NCBI RefSeq assembly: GCF_000315625.1
Contig: NW_005434576.1
Location: forward strand, 62,001 to 126,000
DNA length: 64,000 bases
Direction of reading: 5' to 3'
Origin: Guillardia theta CCMP2712
Lineage: Eukaryota; Protista; Cryptophyta
Positions 34,811 through 48,142 of the stretch are shown piece after piece. The notes beneath the pieces are model-generated. The model had not been told where the DNA came from. It was given only the letters and a program-made list of their open reading frames with translations, and did no database searches. The number at the start of each line of letters is the position of its first letter. Position 1 is the first letter of the stretch. A program made the translations under genes and the position numbers.

Positions 34811-36897
34811 GATAGACAAGATCTATGTAAGCACGTCTGACAAAGTTGAGTTGGAGTAGTTTGGCTGCAAACGCAAGATGTCAGCTCGGACCACTAAGTC
34901 GCATGCCTAGGAAACAAAACACGAAAACAACCAATATACCACGAGACTCAATTCGAACCATCGAAATCATGGAATTGAGTTAGTGGATTCATGTCACTTC
35001 TCAAGTCCTAATCGAAAGAAAACGGCAATACATCGACCGCAAGCTGCCTTTTCTAGAGAGGGAGGGTAGGCGGGAGAGAAGACGAAACAACGCGATATGC
35101 GTCGTAAATCAAGGACAGAATTCCTGTTTCCTTTAGCTCATTCTAATGTATAAACTGGTATTCAAGGATGATGAGAACGCCCTAATGAGGGCGGATAAAA
35201 GTCTGTGGCTCCTTAGAGCTAGGAAGGGAATGTTAGAACAGCATCACAAACTTGCATCTTCAGAATCTCTTCCTGGTTTCACTAAATCATGGATTTCAAG
35301 TCTCGCTCATCGCAAATCGCATCTCTCCTGCATCATCATTTGCTCTGCGCGTTCCCTCATGTTCAGCTGCCGCTCTCTGTCATTCGCTGCATGCTCCTCG
35401 GCTCCACGCCCTCTAACCTCCACCCCACCCCAGCTAGAGACTTTTTCTACCCACCCTACGAGAGCATCACCCTCTACACACACCTCTATCCGTCTTCAAT
35501 ACCTCTTGTTGGCCTCCTCGGCAAGTACCCCTCATAAATCACCCTACGTGAGACCCCCACCCTTTCAAAGAAATTTTCTGTATCATACACCCCGAACTTC
35601 TAGAAGGATTTGACCACAAACGGGTGGGTATTGGAGCCCAAAATTTTCATGTACCCCCATTTTTTACCCACCCATCCTCTTCCCACACCACCCCACCTCC
35701 TGCAAGGTTTCGACATTCAAAGTTTTGATTTGTTTGATGAGCTCCGACCATCCTTCCACTTGGTCTGCACCCACCCACCCCACCCATCGATTTCCAATTC
35801 CTACTACCCCAAATTTTCCATCTGACTACCCCACTTGAACCAGCCTTCTCGAACGGTCCACGTATGCCTACCCCTAAGACGGGGAATACCCCACCATTCA
35901 CAACCTTTCCCCACGTTTCAACTTGATTCCCCACAGGTCCTAATTACTCCCCAATCCAGTACCACCCACCCCTCTTCTAAACTACCACCCTGTTGTACTC
36001 AGGATTCCAACTCGAACCCCTACTACACCGCTTCCTGATTGGGGAGGAGGTGGGGTAGTTCTGAGCACAGTATGCTATGATGTACCCACCTTGGTTAGGA
36101 AAGATTTGGGGAAAAAAGTGGGTGGGTAGGGGGTGTAAGGGACAAGTGAGTAGGGTGGATGTGCTTTAAATACCTTGCACGGGTAGGGTGGTCATGGGAG
36201 CATGACGTTGGGGGTACCGCGTGCTGTTTGTTTGTGAGTTGAGTCAATAAAGAGGAGGGGTAGGTGATTGAAACTCACAGAGAGGGTTAATTTGATGTTT
36301 CATGAAGGGGTGGCGGACATGGTGGGTGGGTAGGGGGTCAGGGTAGGCTGCAACAAGGAGAAGTGATGCCAGAAGGGTGGGGTGGCTCCCTGCAGCCTTT
36401 CCTGAAGAAAGACAATTAGCTATCCCTGTTTCGGGAAGCAAGGCGAGGGGGGCTCGGTAATAAAGTATTGACTAAACGTTTTGCAGCTGGTGCGGAGAGA
36501 CATGCAGTGCTGTTGACGAAGGGGCGGTCTAGTTAGTCAACGAGACTAGGGGGGGTTGCATAGCAAGACCGCTATGAAGAAGGAAATATTGGATTATCAC
36601 ATGAATAGGAGGGTGATGATACAGACGGATGAAAGAGGTTAAGGCAGGCATGCAGGAAGCCAGATTGGCATGTTTTGTAAGCAATGCGGACGAGAGACTT
36701 GGTTTGAGGCAGATAGTCTTCACGAATAGGAACAGTATCCTTAAAACCAGGATGACAGGAGAATTTGGTTCATAGTAGGAAATTAGACGATAGAATTTTG
36801 AGTGAAGATGAATTGATGTATTGGTAAGTCTCTTGAATACAGCTATGCCGTTAGGCAGGTTGATCGTAGAAACGACACAGGAAGGAACATAGTTGTA

Positions 36898-38202
36898 TCA
36901 AGTCAGAAGGATAGTCGCTTTCAAATTCATACAAGTTGACACCGCACGAAAAGGGATGTTCCACGGACTCCTCAAATCCATACAGAAGTGACCCGACTTA
37001 ATATTCCACTGAGGTATTTCCAGGGATGCTTCAGACGCTTTCTCAAGTAGCACGTCCCGGACCTCTGAAGAAGAGGGCCATTCGTCCGGCAAGAGCAATG
37101 ATGCTCGGTGGGATGTGGGATGCCGATGTGCAGAGCGAATGGAGAGATAGCTGCGCTGGATTCTGTGGAACCGACGATCCACACACACAAATCTGAAAAA
37201 TGTAGTGATTCAAGAAGCTGACATCAGGTTAACCTTATTATGTGTAATCATTATGGTAGAAAGAACATTATATAAAATGAAGAAAGGCATGCGACGCCAT
37301 GAATAATACGCTATTAACTGTATTGTAATTTGTTCAGAAGATCGGCGTGAGCATCTTTGAATCCCTGAGGAAACGTTGAGAAAACGTGTCAGGGTCGTCT
37401 TGTAGAACAACTTTGCATCGAATCTCACTTCAATCCTTGAGCGAGCATTTGCGCACGCTCTGGTATGCACAGCTATATCACGCTTGCTGATTTCCCTCTC
37501 GTGCTGAAAGCAGAAACGAAAAAATGTCACAAAGAAAACATAGTGATCAAATCAAAATACAGGGAAGTCATTACCATTTGTGCTTGATACTCTCTATTCG
37601 CTTTCGCTAATGTTCCCATGAGTTCTTGCTTCATTGATTTTTCAAATTCCAGAACTCTCTTCGCTTCCAAGCGCTCTTGGGAAAGGATTAAAAGTTCTGT
37701 TTCCAAGTTCTCCACCTCGCGGCTTAGGCTTTGTACTTCATGATCGCGATTAAGGAAACTCTCATTCAGACGTCTTGATCGAATTTCCATTTCTAAAGCT
37801 TCATCGGCTAATCTTCTATGATCATTTCTGAATTGCTGTACGATTTTCCTGTTCAAAGAGCAAATCATTGAACAAGTGATGAAATCGCGAAAAACAAAAA
37901 AGTTTGACAAGAAGCACAATACTTCATTCGATATTGGTTTCATTGCAGATACAAGGACAGAGCACGCAACAAAGTGTCTTTTGACATAAATGAGAAGCAT
38001 GCCACTTATCAAGACTCGAATACCTTTCTTTAGCAAGGGAATGGCGAGCTGCTACAACATCATTTTCGAGGCTTCTCCGAGCTTTAGCGAGATTTTCCAA
38101 TTCTTCAACCATCTGCATAAGATCCTTTCCTAGAGATGAGAGATCCTCTCCCTCCTTTTCCATAGTCTCCTCCTCGCCGTGATCCAGATGCTGCTTGGAC
38201 AT
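36898..38202 (-). CDS. Multi-exon coiled-coil protein of unknown function
   Basis: ORFs 37924-38214, 37527-38036 and 37210-37530 contain heptad-rich segments separated by AT-rich short introns; 3' end uncertain. Confidence 0.6.
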
Positions 38203-38249
38203 TGCCGTTGACACAATTTGTCCACATCCCCTCTCTGACCAGTTGACAG

Positions 38250-38930
38250 TGACCGGGTTAACGCACCGGGGGTTAACGCCGCCGGGTGCAGGATCGGATC
38301 GGACCGGGTGCTGGCCGATCGTACGGTACGGTCGGATCGGACCGTACGGTCGGACGGCCGCGCTGTGACCGCCCGCGGCCGGTCCGCGGCCGCCCGGCCC
38401 CGGGCCCGGCCGACCTGCCCGGAGTCTGGCCCTGACTCAGCCTGTGAGCGCGCGGGCGCCCGGCGGCCCGGGCTCGGAGGCTCCGAGCAGGCCGCCCGCC
38501 GGCCCAGGGGGCCGGGGCCGGGGCGCGCACGGTTCCGAAGTTCCGAAGTTCCGAAGTTCCGAAGTTCCGGGAACTGCGGCAGCGGCCCGGGCCCGGCCGG
38601 CCCGGGCCGCGCCGCCGAGCCCAGGCTGTGTGGCCCGCCGCGCCCGCCGGCAGCCGGCCGGGCCCGGGCCCTGAGTCCCCGCGCGGCCCCGGCGCCGGGC
38701 CGCCCGGCCAGCGGGCCGCGGCGGGCCCGGGCCCTCAGCGCGACCGTCGAACTTGAGGTCCGGCGATCCGATGCCATGATCCGAGCCCGCCGGGCCGAGC
38801 CTGAGTTGATCGATCACTCGGCGAACTCACGGTACGGTCCGACCCGATCCGCGGATCCGAACTTGCCGCGGCGGCCGGAACTCCCGGACCCCCGGCCGGG
38901 CCCCACCCCACCTTTAGAGTCAGCGACTCA
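38250..38930. promoter_or_regulatory. Very GC-rich, palindrome-rich island between divergent genes, containing (GTTCCGAA)x4 at 38532-38569
   Basis: Abrupt composition change; recurring ccgggcccgg, cggatcgg, ccgtacgg and gactca words; lies between the 5' ends of two divergent genes. Confidence 0.5.
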
Positions 38931-39570
38931 GATGATAAAATTGACCGTTCCCGCCAAAATAAAAGTTTGTGGGTTGATAAATCCGATGGCGGCAGGGTTG
39001 GATAGAATGTCCGCGGGTATATTGCTTTGCACGTCTTGAACAGGATGTGCGATGATCTTTTATCTTGTATTTCAACTGATCCTTGATTGCTGATTGTTAC
39101 ATTCAAGTTGTGATCTCTGTCTTCTCCACTTTTTTCGGTGGAATCCTTTTCCAGTCAGCTTCTATTTCAACTCTCTGCTGCAAATGCGGTAGGGATTCAT
39201 GTTCTTAATGGGATACTAAAAACATGTGGCAGGGTTGAATACGTTGAATAGTATCGCTTCTTTATCGACAGTAAATATTTCTTTGGCTTTTCTTGATGTA
39301 TACACCGACACTTTATGTTTTGCAATATGACACCTGAAGGAAACAAGAAATCTTTCTCTCCGATACAGATCATAATATTCTAATCCAAGACTTCGAATTT
39401 TGTTGAAGGACCTGAATATGTTTCCGTGTAAGAGTTGTTTTGCTTGAAAGATTCCAGTTCTGATGTTGCTGAGTGTGACCGGGCTGTGTAGAACTTCTAA
39501 ATCCTGAAGGACAGAATATTTCATTCTTAAAGCAAAAGATCTTCTCAAGAAGCCATTCGTCATATTTGAG

Positions 39571-41813
39571 ATGCAACAGCAACAGCAGCAGCGTCAATTG
39601 TTTGCCGGAAATTCAAGCCTACAACGAAGGACGAATCAATTCTCGCAAAGGCCCCCGAATCAAACTTTGTCAGGCAACGCTCAGCAAAAGCAACTACTTG
39701 CAGCCCCACAATCCACAGCACAAATTCTGGAAAATTTGAACTCCTATGTCGTTTCACAGCAACAGCAGCATGAAAATAGTGAACAGCTCAAAAAGCAAAA
39801 CCGCAAACAAGCTGAAGTGATTGAGCATCAAAAACGAGATCTAGAGGTACTGAGATATCTTGTAGAAATTCAACAAAACTAATTCTTGTATGATCCAAGC
39901 AACTTCGATATGAGCGAGCCAGTATTGCCGAAAAGCTTAGGCAGCACGAAGCTGTTGTTGAAGGGCTTGAGATCAGCACCAAATCCTTCAGTGACAATTT
40001 TGAAATTAATCAGAAACATGTCTTGGATGCCAAGGTACATTCAAGTTCCTTAAATTGTTGAACAACAGGCTAATCCCTCCTCGTGTTGCAGAAGAAGCTT
40101 GACTTTGGAGAAAAGAAATATGATGCTTTCATTGATTGGAAAGTGCAAATGGAATCGAGAATAACACAAATTGAGGAGAAGTATCATTCTAAGCATCAAT
40201 TACTTGTGGAGCAGCTGTCAAAGTCTCAGGATGACAACTCAAGTTTGGAGAAAAAGCATCAGGAGCTGTCTCAAGAAATCAAAGCTCTCTCTGAACAAAA
40301 TTCAGTACTTCAAAATGAATTGAAGGAAAAAACATGCTCTCTCGACGATCTTCGAAGCAAACATGCCGACATTTCCGCAAAATTCAATACGTTGCTGAAA
40401 GAAAAGCGCTTGTTGGAGAAGGAATCAACCAGGGAAAAAGAAGAAAAGGTTCTCATTGCAAAATCTTTAGAGGATCAGAAAACCAGATTAATCGAGGCTG
40501 AATTGCATCTCAAAAATGTTCAAATGCAACTTACAGAGCAAAAGGAAAAACATTGCGAAGCACAACAGAATCTGGAGAGGAACTATGAATCGAAGATCCT
40601 CGAAATGAAAGAAATGGCTAAAAATCAAAAGAAAGCATACAGCACTGAAATCGAATCGATCAAATCTTCTCAGAAGCAACAAGAAACAGAATTGCAGCTT
40701 GTCAAAGATCTAAACTTAAAGTTGAATGACTTGTACAAGAAGGCATCAAGCGACAACAAAGTCTTTGAAAATGAGTTGACTATAATAGAGGACATAGTAT
40801 CTAGTTTTCAAAGCTTTGATGACACGCTCGGACAAGTGTTGCATTGCTCAAGACTAAGAAATGAGAATGTTTTCATAGAAAAGCAAAGGTACGCCGACTT
40901 GTACGAAAAGAATCAGGAATATCTCCGTGGACAAGAAAATGACTTGAACATTTTAGACAGAAACCTATCTCAGTTGGACTCCATTCTCACAAATACCATG
41001 ACTCAAAAACAAGCTCAGAGTGACAGACTTTTCAATCTTTCTGCACAGGTGTCATTTCTTGAGGATCAGATTGCCGAAAAAGATAATCAACATCAAAATA
41101 AGACGATGTCGAATTTGAAGGAAATGGAAGAGCATTTGAAAAAAGTCATGTGTGATGTGAAGCGCGATCATGAAATGGAAATGAAAGCCCTGTCGGAAGA
41201 ACATGAGCAGAAAGTAAAACAGTTGGAAACAAAGCTTGCTCAATCGGAATCTTTCCAAGAAAAATTCCATGTGCAAAGTGTGGAGCAACAGAGAATCTTG
41301 GAAGAATTATCCTGTGCCAAAACTCTAATCAAGAATTTGAGAGATGTGGAAAGTAACCTCAAGGGAGACATAGAACAGCCTAAAACAGCAGGGCCTTCGG
41401 CACCGTCCAAACAGCCAACAAAGTCTTGGAACGCATTACAGCAAGAAACTTACGTAGGAGAATCCAGAGGAGGTTCCTCCAGGGACGTGAATCAAAAACA
41501 GTTTTCAAAGTGCGACAGATTTTTGTCAACACCAGAGAGGCAGATTCCAGCCCAGGACCTGACACCTGCTACCAATGTCAAGAGCACGAACAAACGCAGG
41601 AGGGGATACTTGGATGTCAGCAAGAAGAATCTCAAGGAGGACATCTGCAGTGAAGTCGTAACCAAAAAAATGCCCATGACGACTAAAGCCATTGCCACAA
41701 AGCCTACAAATGTTGCTCCGATCGGTCGCCGTTACACTCGCAGACGAAACAAGGTTGAGCATCATTCTAGCGGAAGTCAGGACTCATTCAACATTTTCGA
41801 CAACGACTGCTGA
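39571..41813 (+). CDS. Long coiled-coil protein (~710 aa or more) with basic, T-P-containing C-terminal tail
   Basis: Exons 39571-39846, 39900-40034 and 40092-41813 splice in frame via 53- and 57-nt GT-AG introns; additional 5' exons possible. Confidence 0.8.
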
Positions 41814-42000
41814 TGGATAGCCTTGAAGCAGTGGTTCTGAAATATTTGCTCTAGTGAATAGAAGTATGCAAGTGAAATATCAATGCAAAAAAAAATGATA
41901 GTTGGTAGTTGTATTGATCTCAATGAAAGATGTCACATCTATGAATTCTACAAATAATACAATATCTCGGACTATGATTTTTCAACGGAAGCAGTTCTGA

Positions 42001-45000
42001 TCACAGACCGAGGTCTTTCTTGTACTTAATGAATCTTGGCAGGTTTTGTTTCACCTAGAAAAGCGTGAGGTCCATTAGATTCTCGAGTTTTGATTCGTCA
42101 CCTCTTTCAATCTGTCTGCAGCGTTTCTCATCTGGAATCAACGTCACAAGCTCTCTCTTCGGAGATCGATCGCTCGGACCTGTGGGTCTTGTCTTATCTT
42201 CGCCTTGTTGTCAGCAAGCCATTGCTTCATGGCAGCAACAAACATCGCTTGCATCTCTTGCAGACATTCAATGATCTGTCACAAATTCAACGGAAAACGA
42301 TCGAGCCCACCAAACGTGATCACTCGCAAGGGACGGAGGACAAGCTCGTTGAGGTCATCTTCCGCGTACACGTCAAACATAGCGTTGACAGCCTCGGCCA
42401 CCACGAGGATGGATCTCGCAGATTGTGCACTCTGACAAGAGAAGTCAATGGAGTCATGGACAGACTGCCTGCTGCCAACCTTGACCAAGATTTTTCCAAT
42501 GCTCGTGTTGCTCTCTGTGAAAGCTGTCAGCAAGAAGAGATGTTCAACGATGAGATATGCCGAGATCTCTGAAGCTCTTGCCCAGCAAAGCAAGCGCGTT
42601 CATAGCGTTGATCCTGATCTCATCTGTGTGACATAGCGAGGTGAGTAGGAGGAAGCAGAGCTTCAAGACTTGCACCTGTCGCCCCTTGCTCGGCCCACAC
42701 AGCCAATGCTTCCTACGAGGAGGTTCAGAGGAGAGAAGACCTTGGAGGAAGAGCCGCGCAAAGTCCTCCTGTTCTCACCTGGAGCTCACTGGGTAGGACG
42801 AGAATTGTGCGAATCTCAAGCTCGAGAGCCTTTTCGAGGAGGACGAAGAGAGTTGCAGAAAGACATTCCTCCATCTCAACCTGCGCGAGAAAAGAAGTTT
42901 AGGGGAGGCAGATGAGGGAAAGACGGGGTAGCAGGGTAAATCAGGCACCTTGCCCTGTTCAGAAGATTGCAGGACCGACAAGACGTTGGGCAAGATGATT
43001 TCATCCCTCACTTCTCATCAAATTTCAGTGATATCGACGCAACCCGGGCCACTGAGAGCAAGAGAACCTTGTTGTAAGGCGATCTGACTGCCGGGAGGAC
43101 AGGACAGGATCCAGTTTGACATGCACTCGATGGCTGAGATCTGCGAGGACCGAGCAAGGTGAGAGAAGTCAGCAGGAGAGCGAGAGTCGCTGACCTGCAT
43201 GTCTATGAGGGCTAGAGGAATGTATCGCACGTCGTCGTAATAGCAGGTCGCCAGAGCTTCCTTGAGGTTTGCGCTGAGCCCCTTCGTTCGCAGCACAACA
43301 AGATCGAGCAGACTGCTCAACAAGAGTCACGTCAAGGAAAGTGAAAAGTAGAGGCAGAGCAGAGCAGAGCAGAGCAGAGCAGAGCAGAGCAGAGCAGAGC
43401 AGAGCAGAGCAGAGCAGAGCAGGGAAGGGAAGGGAAGGGCAGGGCAGGAAGGGAGGGTAGGGAGGGGAGGGGAAGGAAGGGTAGGGGAAAGGAGGGGAAA
43501 GTACAATTTCTCACTTTTCTCTTACTAGCCAGCTCGCAAATTCGGTCTGTCCAATCGGAAGCTTTGCGGAAGGAAGACTGTGCTCCTGCACATTCGCCTC
43601 CTCTAGCATCTCGCTCCCTTCCTCCTCCTCGTCTGCTGATTGCCAGCTGCAAGGTACATGTCAGACCTTCAGGAGCTCTGACCATCGCAGATCTACCCCT
43701 CCTCCTCCTCCTCGTCCTCCTTGTCGTCTGGGACCATCAAATTCGAAATGATCTCGAGAGCGAGCTGCGTTTCGGCTACTTCATCCTGCCAGCAGTCAGA
43801 GGGGATCAACTTGCGGTGCAGGAGGGGAAGGGGAACATGAGGCAATGGGACGAACAGTCAGGTCAGGCCAGGTAAGGTGAAAGAGGAGGAGAGAAGAGGA
43901 GAAAATCTCACCCGCCATGCTGAGTATTTGTTATGGAAGGTCGACGCGATCCCCTCCGTGTGCAAGAACTGTTCCTGCGAGAGAGGATGAGGAGGGAGGG
44001 AGGAAGACAAACAACGTCGTACATGGAAGACACCATGAGTGATCGGTTTGATGCTCGGTCTCTTCCCCTGCTTTTCTTGCGCATGACCACCAGATTCTTC
44101 TTCCATCGTCTGCTGCCCTCCCTCGCCATTCTCCGGCGGCTTCAAGTCTGCATCCCGGCAGCATGTCAGGACGAGGCAGCAAGGCAGTAGAGGGCCACCT
44201 ATGATGGCCTTGATCATCGTCTCCTGATGATCGCACGACAGTACCCTCCCAAAAATTCTCCTCATGGCCTGCGCAAACTCCGGAGGCTGCGGGTTCAGAG
44301 TGAGAGAGTGAGGAGGAGGGAGGGAGAGAGGGAGAGAGAGAGAGAGAGAGAGAGGGTGGGGGAGAGGGAGGGAGGGTGGGGGAGAGGGAGGGAGGGGGAG
44401 GGAGGGAGGGAACGAGCTCCTTCACCTGTGCATGCTGCCCGATGTTGATGAGGATCCCCACACTCAACACGGCGACCATGGAGCTGTATCCCTCTTCCAT
44501 GACTGCCCTCTGGATCGCAAGAAGGGCCTCGGGGTGCCCTGCGAGCATGGAAGAGATGGGAGGGTTGTCCTCAGACAGAACGCTGATGCAGTTTGCCGCT
44601 GAGCAAGCGATGCGCACAGCGATAGGAAGAGGAGCAGCAGGGGAGGGAGCGCCAAGAGCCAGGCACCTACACAAGGCAGGCAGCAGCCCCGCTGCCGCAT
44701 CGTTGACTCGCTTCACTGCTTGACTGCTGACCTCACAAGTCTCCCACAGGAGGTCCAGTAGCTCACAGAGCAGCTCGTCTCTCCCTGCTGCCCCCGGAGT
44801 CCCGCTCATCCTCACATGAGACGCTATGCTGGACAGAAGAGGAGTCATGAGATCCCCCCGCACTGCTGCTTCATACGCAGCTTCCCCCCCGGACCCGCAG
44901 CATGCTCTGAGAGCGATCGCTGCAGCTTCCTTTACTTCCTCCGAGGAGTCACATAACAAACTTGTGAGCTTTGCTGTCACCCCTCGCTCCTGCAAGATTC

Positions 45001-45235
45001 TCGCCCCCCTCTTTGTCCTCCCGATCCCTCCTGCCAGATCTGCAGCCCTCGACCTATCCTGCGGCTGGAAGCTCCTCATACCTGCGAGGAGCTCATCGAT
45101 CCCTCCATCCTCGGCCTCGTCCGGCTCGTCGCCAGCTGAAGCAGCGATCATCTCCTCTACTTTCCCCTCCTCTCGCTTCAGAGGGTCGGCTCGGTGACTC
45201 CCTCGCCCCCTCCGCGTCCTCCCGAGTTTGCCCAT
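42001..45235 (-). CDS. HEATR3: HEAT/ARM-repeat protein HEATR3/Syo1 (ribosomal protein uL5/uL18 import adaptor)
   Basis: N-terminus MGKLGRTRR...RADPL, ARM-type repeats (AANCISVLSEDNP), late AEAVNAMFDVYAEDD and terminal NLPRFIKYKK match the family. Confidence 0.8.
43353..43421. repeat. Intronic (GCAGA)n microsatellite followed by a GA-rich tract
   Basis: Directly visible. Confidence 0.95.
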
Positions 45236-45614
45236 GATGGCACGTGAAGGTCGTCGGGGAGGGACAATGAACGCATGGGACTGAGGGGGGATGCGGTTGA
45301 GAGCCTGAACGCCGCCGGGCCGCCGGCGGCCCGGCGGCGCGTCGGCGCGGCACTGCGGCAATGCCGCAGTGCGGTCGCCGGCCGTGACTACTGACTCAGC
45401 AGAGCCGCTGAGCCTCGGAGTCTAAAGTGCTTTACTCAAAGTTAAGTTAAAAATCAGGACGAGGACAATCAGGAGAGTCGAAGAGGCTTCGGCCCCTGCC
45501 AGCCTGACAATGTTCAACGGCACTGCGGGCGCACTGATTTAATTTGACAAACTTTATTGTGGAAGGTACTTGGCGGCGATGGCTTCAAACTCTTTTCTCG
45601 CCTTGCGGAGACTC

Positions 45615-48142
45615 TCAAGGTCTCGATGCTTCAATTACCATCAAAGTCAGAAGTCTCAAGGCACATAAACTTGTGACGTCTACCTTGCTCTTGGGCTTCG
45701 ACGAGGAGCTCTCTTTCCCGTGTTCAGCCCCCTTGTTCTTCTCCAACGATCGTGTCGGCGTCATTGCGGGCAGGTCGTGACGACCGTTGGCAGGCCCGTT
45801 CAGGCTCGACGAGTCATGGCTTCTGGAAAACTCCCTGCCAGGGGAGCTTGAGGCCCAGTGGGCAGGATCGTCGGAGCTGGAGGAATCGGAGGTTGACTGC
45901 GACTTTTCCGCACGGGTCAAACTTGACCTCGAGGTCTGATTGGGCATCAGGTACGCCTGTAGCTCTGAGGTCTTGTCCTTCAAGTTCTGATCTAGCTGAA
46001 AGTCTCGGAGTTGGTAGGTCTTGTCCTTCAAGTTCTGATCTAGCTGAAAGTCTCGGAGTTGGTAGGTCTCGTCCTTCAAGTTCTGATCTAGCTGGAGGTC
46101 TCGGAGTTGGTGCCTCAAGTCGACGATCATTTCGTTGCCCAACCTCTCACGAAGTTTGGATTCCTCCAGCCATCTCTTGGTCCGCTCGAGCTCCTTGCGG
46201 ACTGAAACAGGAGCAGTGCAGGAGTCAGTCGCTGCCCCTGAGAGGCGAGTCAACTCACGCTCGTCGAAGGAGTCGAACGGGTCGTCTAACTCGTCTCCCA
46301 ATACTCGATGTATCTTCCTCGACGACTTGTCTCTCCTCCATCGATCTCTCTAATCAGCGCAACCTTTATAACCCGCAGAAACATTCTTTTGCTCCTGACC
46401 TGATTCCAAAGTGCTGATGATTCCAGTACCTCTCGGATCTCTTCTATACACGTCTTGACATCTACAATCAGTCTTGAACTCAATTGACTTGCACGCGATT
46501 CCCGTCCAGCTGCATCAAACTCCTGAAGTTTTGCGTCACTCAAATTCAAGGCGTCAGGAAAGAATTCAAAGACCTTTCGCCCCTTGGATTGTTGAGCAAG
46601 TGAAAGTTTCATGTTGGTCAGTTCAGCTTGCATCTGTTCTAATTTTTCCTTGGTATCATCATAGTTCTTCTTGAGGCGCTCGTTTTGAATGCAGTGAGAT
46701 TTCCAAGATTGTAAAACACTATCTTCTGATCTTTCTGCCTTTTCCCTTCTCTTCACTTCTTCTTCTAATGCAGACGAAACCCTTTGCAGCTGTTTTTGCA
46801 TCGATGAGTTTTCATGCTCGAGCTTCTGCAACACGGATTGCAGATTTGAAACTTTCTGTGCTTCTTATCAACTTTGAAAACGACAGATCGATTCAAGAGA
46901 CCTTGTGATAATCTTCTGCTGCCTTCGTCGAAGTGTCGCCAAGGCTGGACTGGAGATAACTTGAGCCCATGGGCCCTGAGTATCCACATCAGGATCATCT
47001 CTCAACAGAGCAAGACATTCCTAAAAAATCTCGTTTGACAGGTGAGGATGAAATCACTGTTGCTCGCTGCTCAGGGCTTCTACTGACCCGTCGGGAATTC
47101 GTTGCGCGCTGTCGAGACATCATCGAGACGAATTCACTTGCAAGATCTCACCATGGAAGCTGGAGTGCCGTTCAGTATCCTGCAAGGATTGTCACACTCC
47201 TGTTTTGAAGCTTCGCTATGCAAGTCATGCTCACGTGTTGTGCCCGTAGACAAAGTCATTCGCCATGTGGTGATGCGAGTGTTGGAGAGAAGTTCTGCAT
47301 AATAGTGAGCATCAAGTGCCAGAGCATCAAAGTCGTTACCTGCTCCCTTCAGACCCATTGAGAGCCTTCGATGCTGACCCTTCGTCCTCCCGAGCCTCGC
47401 TGTCTATGGTTGATAGATGTGCTTGTTCCGACGCCTGTACCTGCTGCTTCTTCCGCTCAGGAGTTCTGCACTGCATCAACCAGGAGAGGTTTCGCTCCTC
47501 TCGGCTGGATTCATGCGTGGAAATGCTTTGCACGTCATCAAAGCTCGAACCTTGAAGGTGATCCACAATCGCTGACTCCTGCAAATGGGACAAGGCAAGA
47601 GCGTCCGTATTAGGGACATGCTCTAAGGAAGATCCTTGCTTCTTCAATTGAGAGTTGCTGGACGAAGAGCTATGTGATTCTTCCCGCTTTCGTATCCTCT
47701 GTCTCATTTCAATCATTTTCTCTTCCCACCTCCTTCTCCATTTCTTTTCAGATTCGCTCATTTCCCTTTCTGGTTCTCGGCGATCCTCTGGAGATGCGAA
47801 AACACCATGCTTTTCGAGTATGATAGATGAGGCACCTTGTTCTGCTGTAGAATTCAAGCTTTCTCCAACCGAAACAATATTCTTTTCGCTCGAATGATTT
47901 CCCCCATGCTCATCATTTGTGCTTGACCAAGTTCCATCGAAGCCTCGTCCCTTCACATTCTGAGTCCCCTGACATACAGAATTTTTGGGAAGGATGATTT
48001 CTACTCTCTGCGCTGGGACTTGATGAATGTTCTGCCGCTCATGCCTGTCATTGTCCGCTCCTTCCATTTCAACCATGTCCTCCTCCTTGCTGAAACTTTT
48101 GTCCCACGCATGAAGCCTCTCCCTTCCCCTTGCCACCAGCAT
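45615..48142 (-). CDS. Multi-exon coiled-coil/disordered protein of unknown function
   Basis: Same-strand ORFs 47336-48142, 47134-47358, 46286-46834 and 45615-46301 with coiled-coil segments. Confidence 0.6.
45969..46111 (-). repeat. Coding tandem repeat, 48 nt x ~3 (QLRD[L/F]QLDQNLKD[E/K]TY)
   Basis: Near-identical 48-nt units visible. Confidence 0.9.

Noticed and set aside
38532-38569. (GTTCCGAA)n as a heat-shock element or CRISPR-like array
   Set aside because: GAA/TTC spacing is 1 nt rather than the 2 nt of nGAAnnTTCn; no spacers and no cas genes.
38130-39039. Several overlapping Arg/Pro/Gly/Ala-rich ORFs on both strands
   Set aside because: Expected from stop-poor GC-rich palindromic DNA; no protein features.
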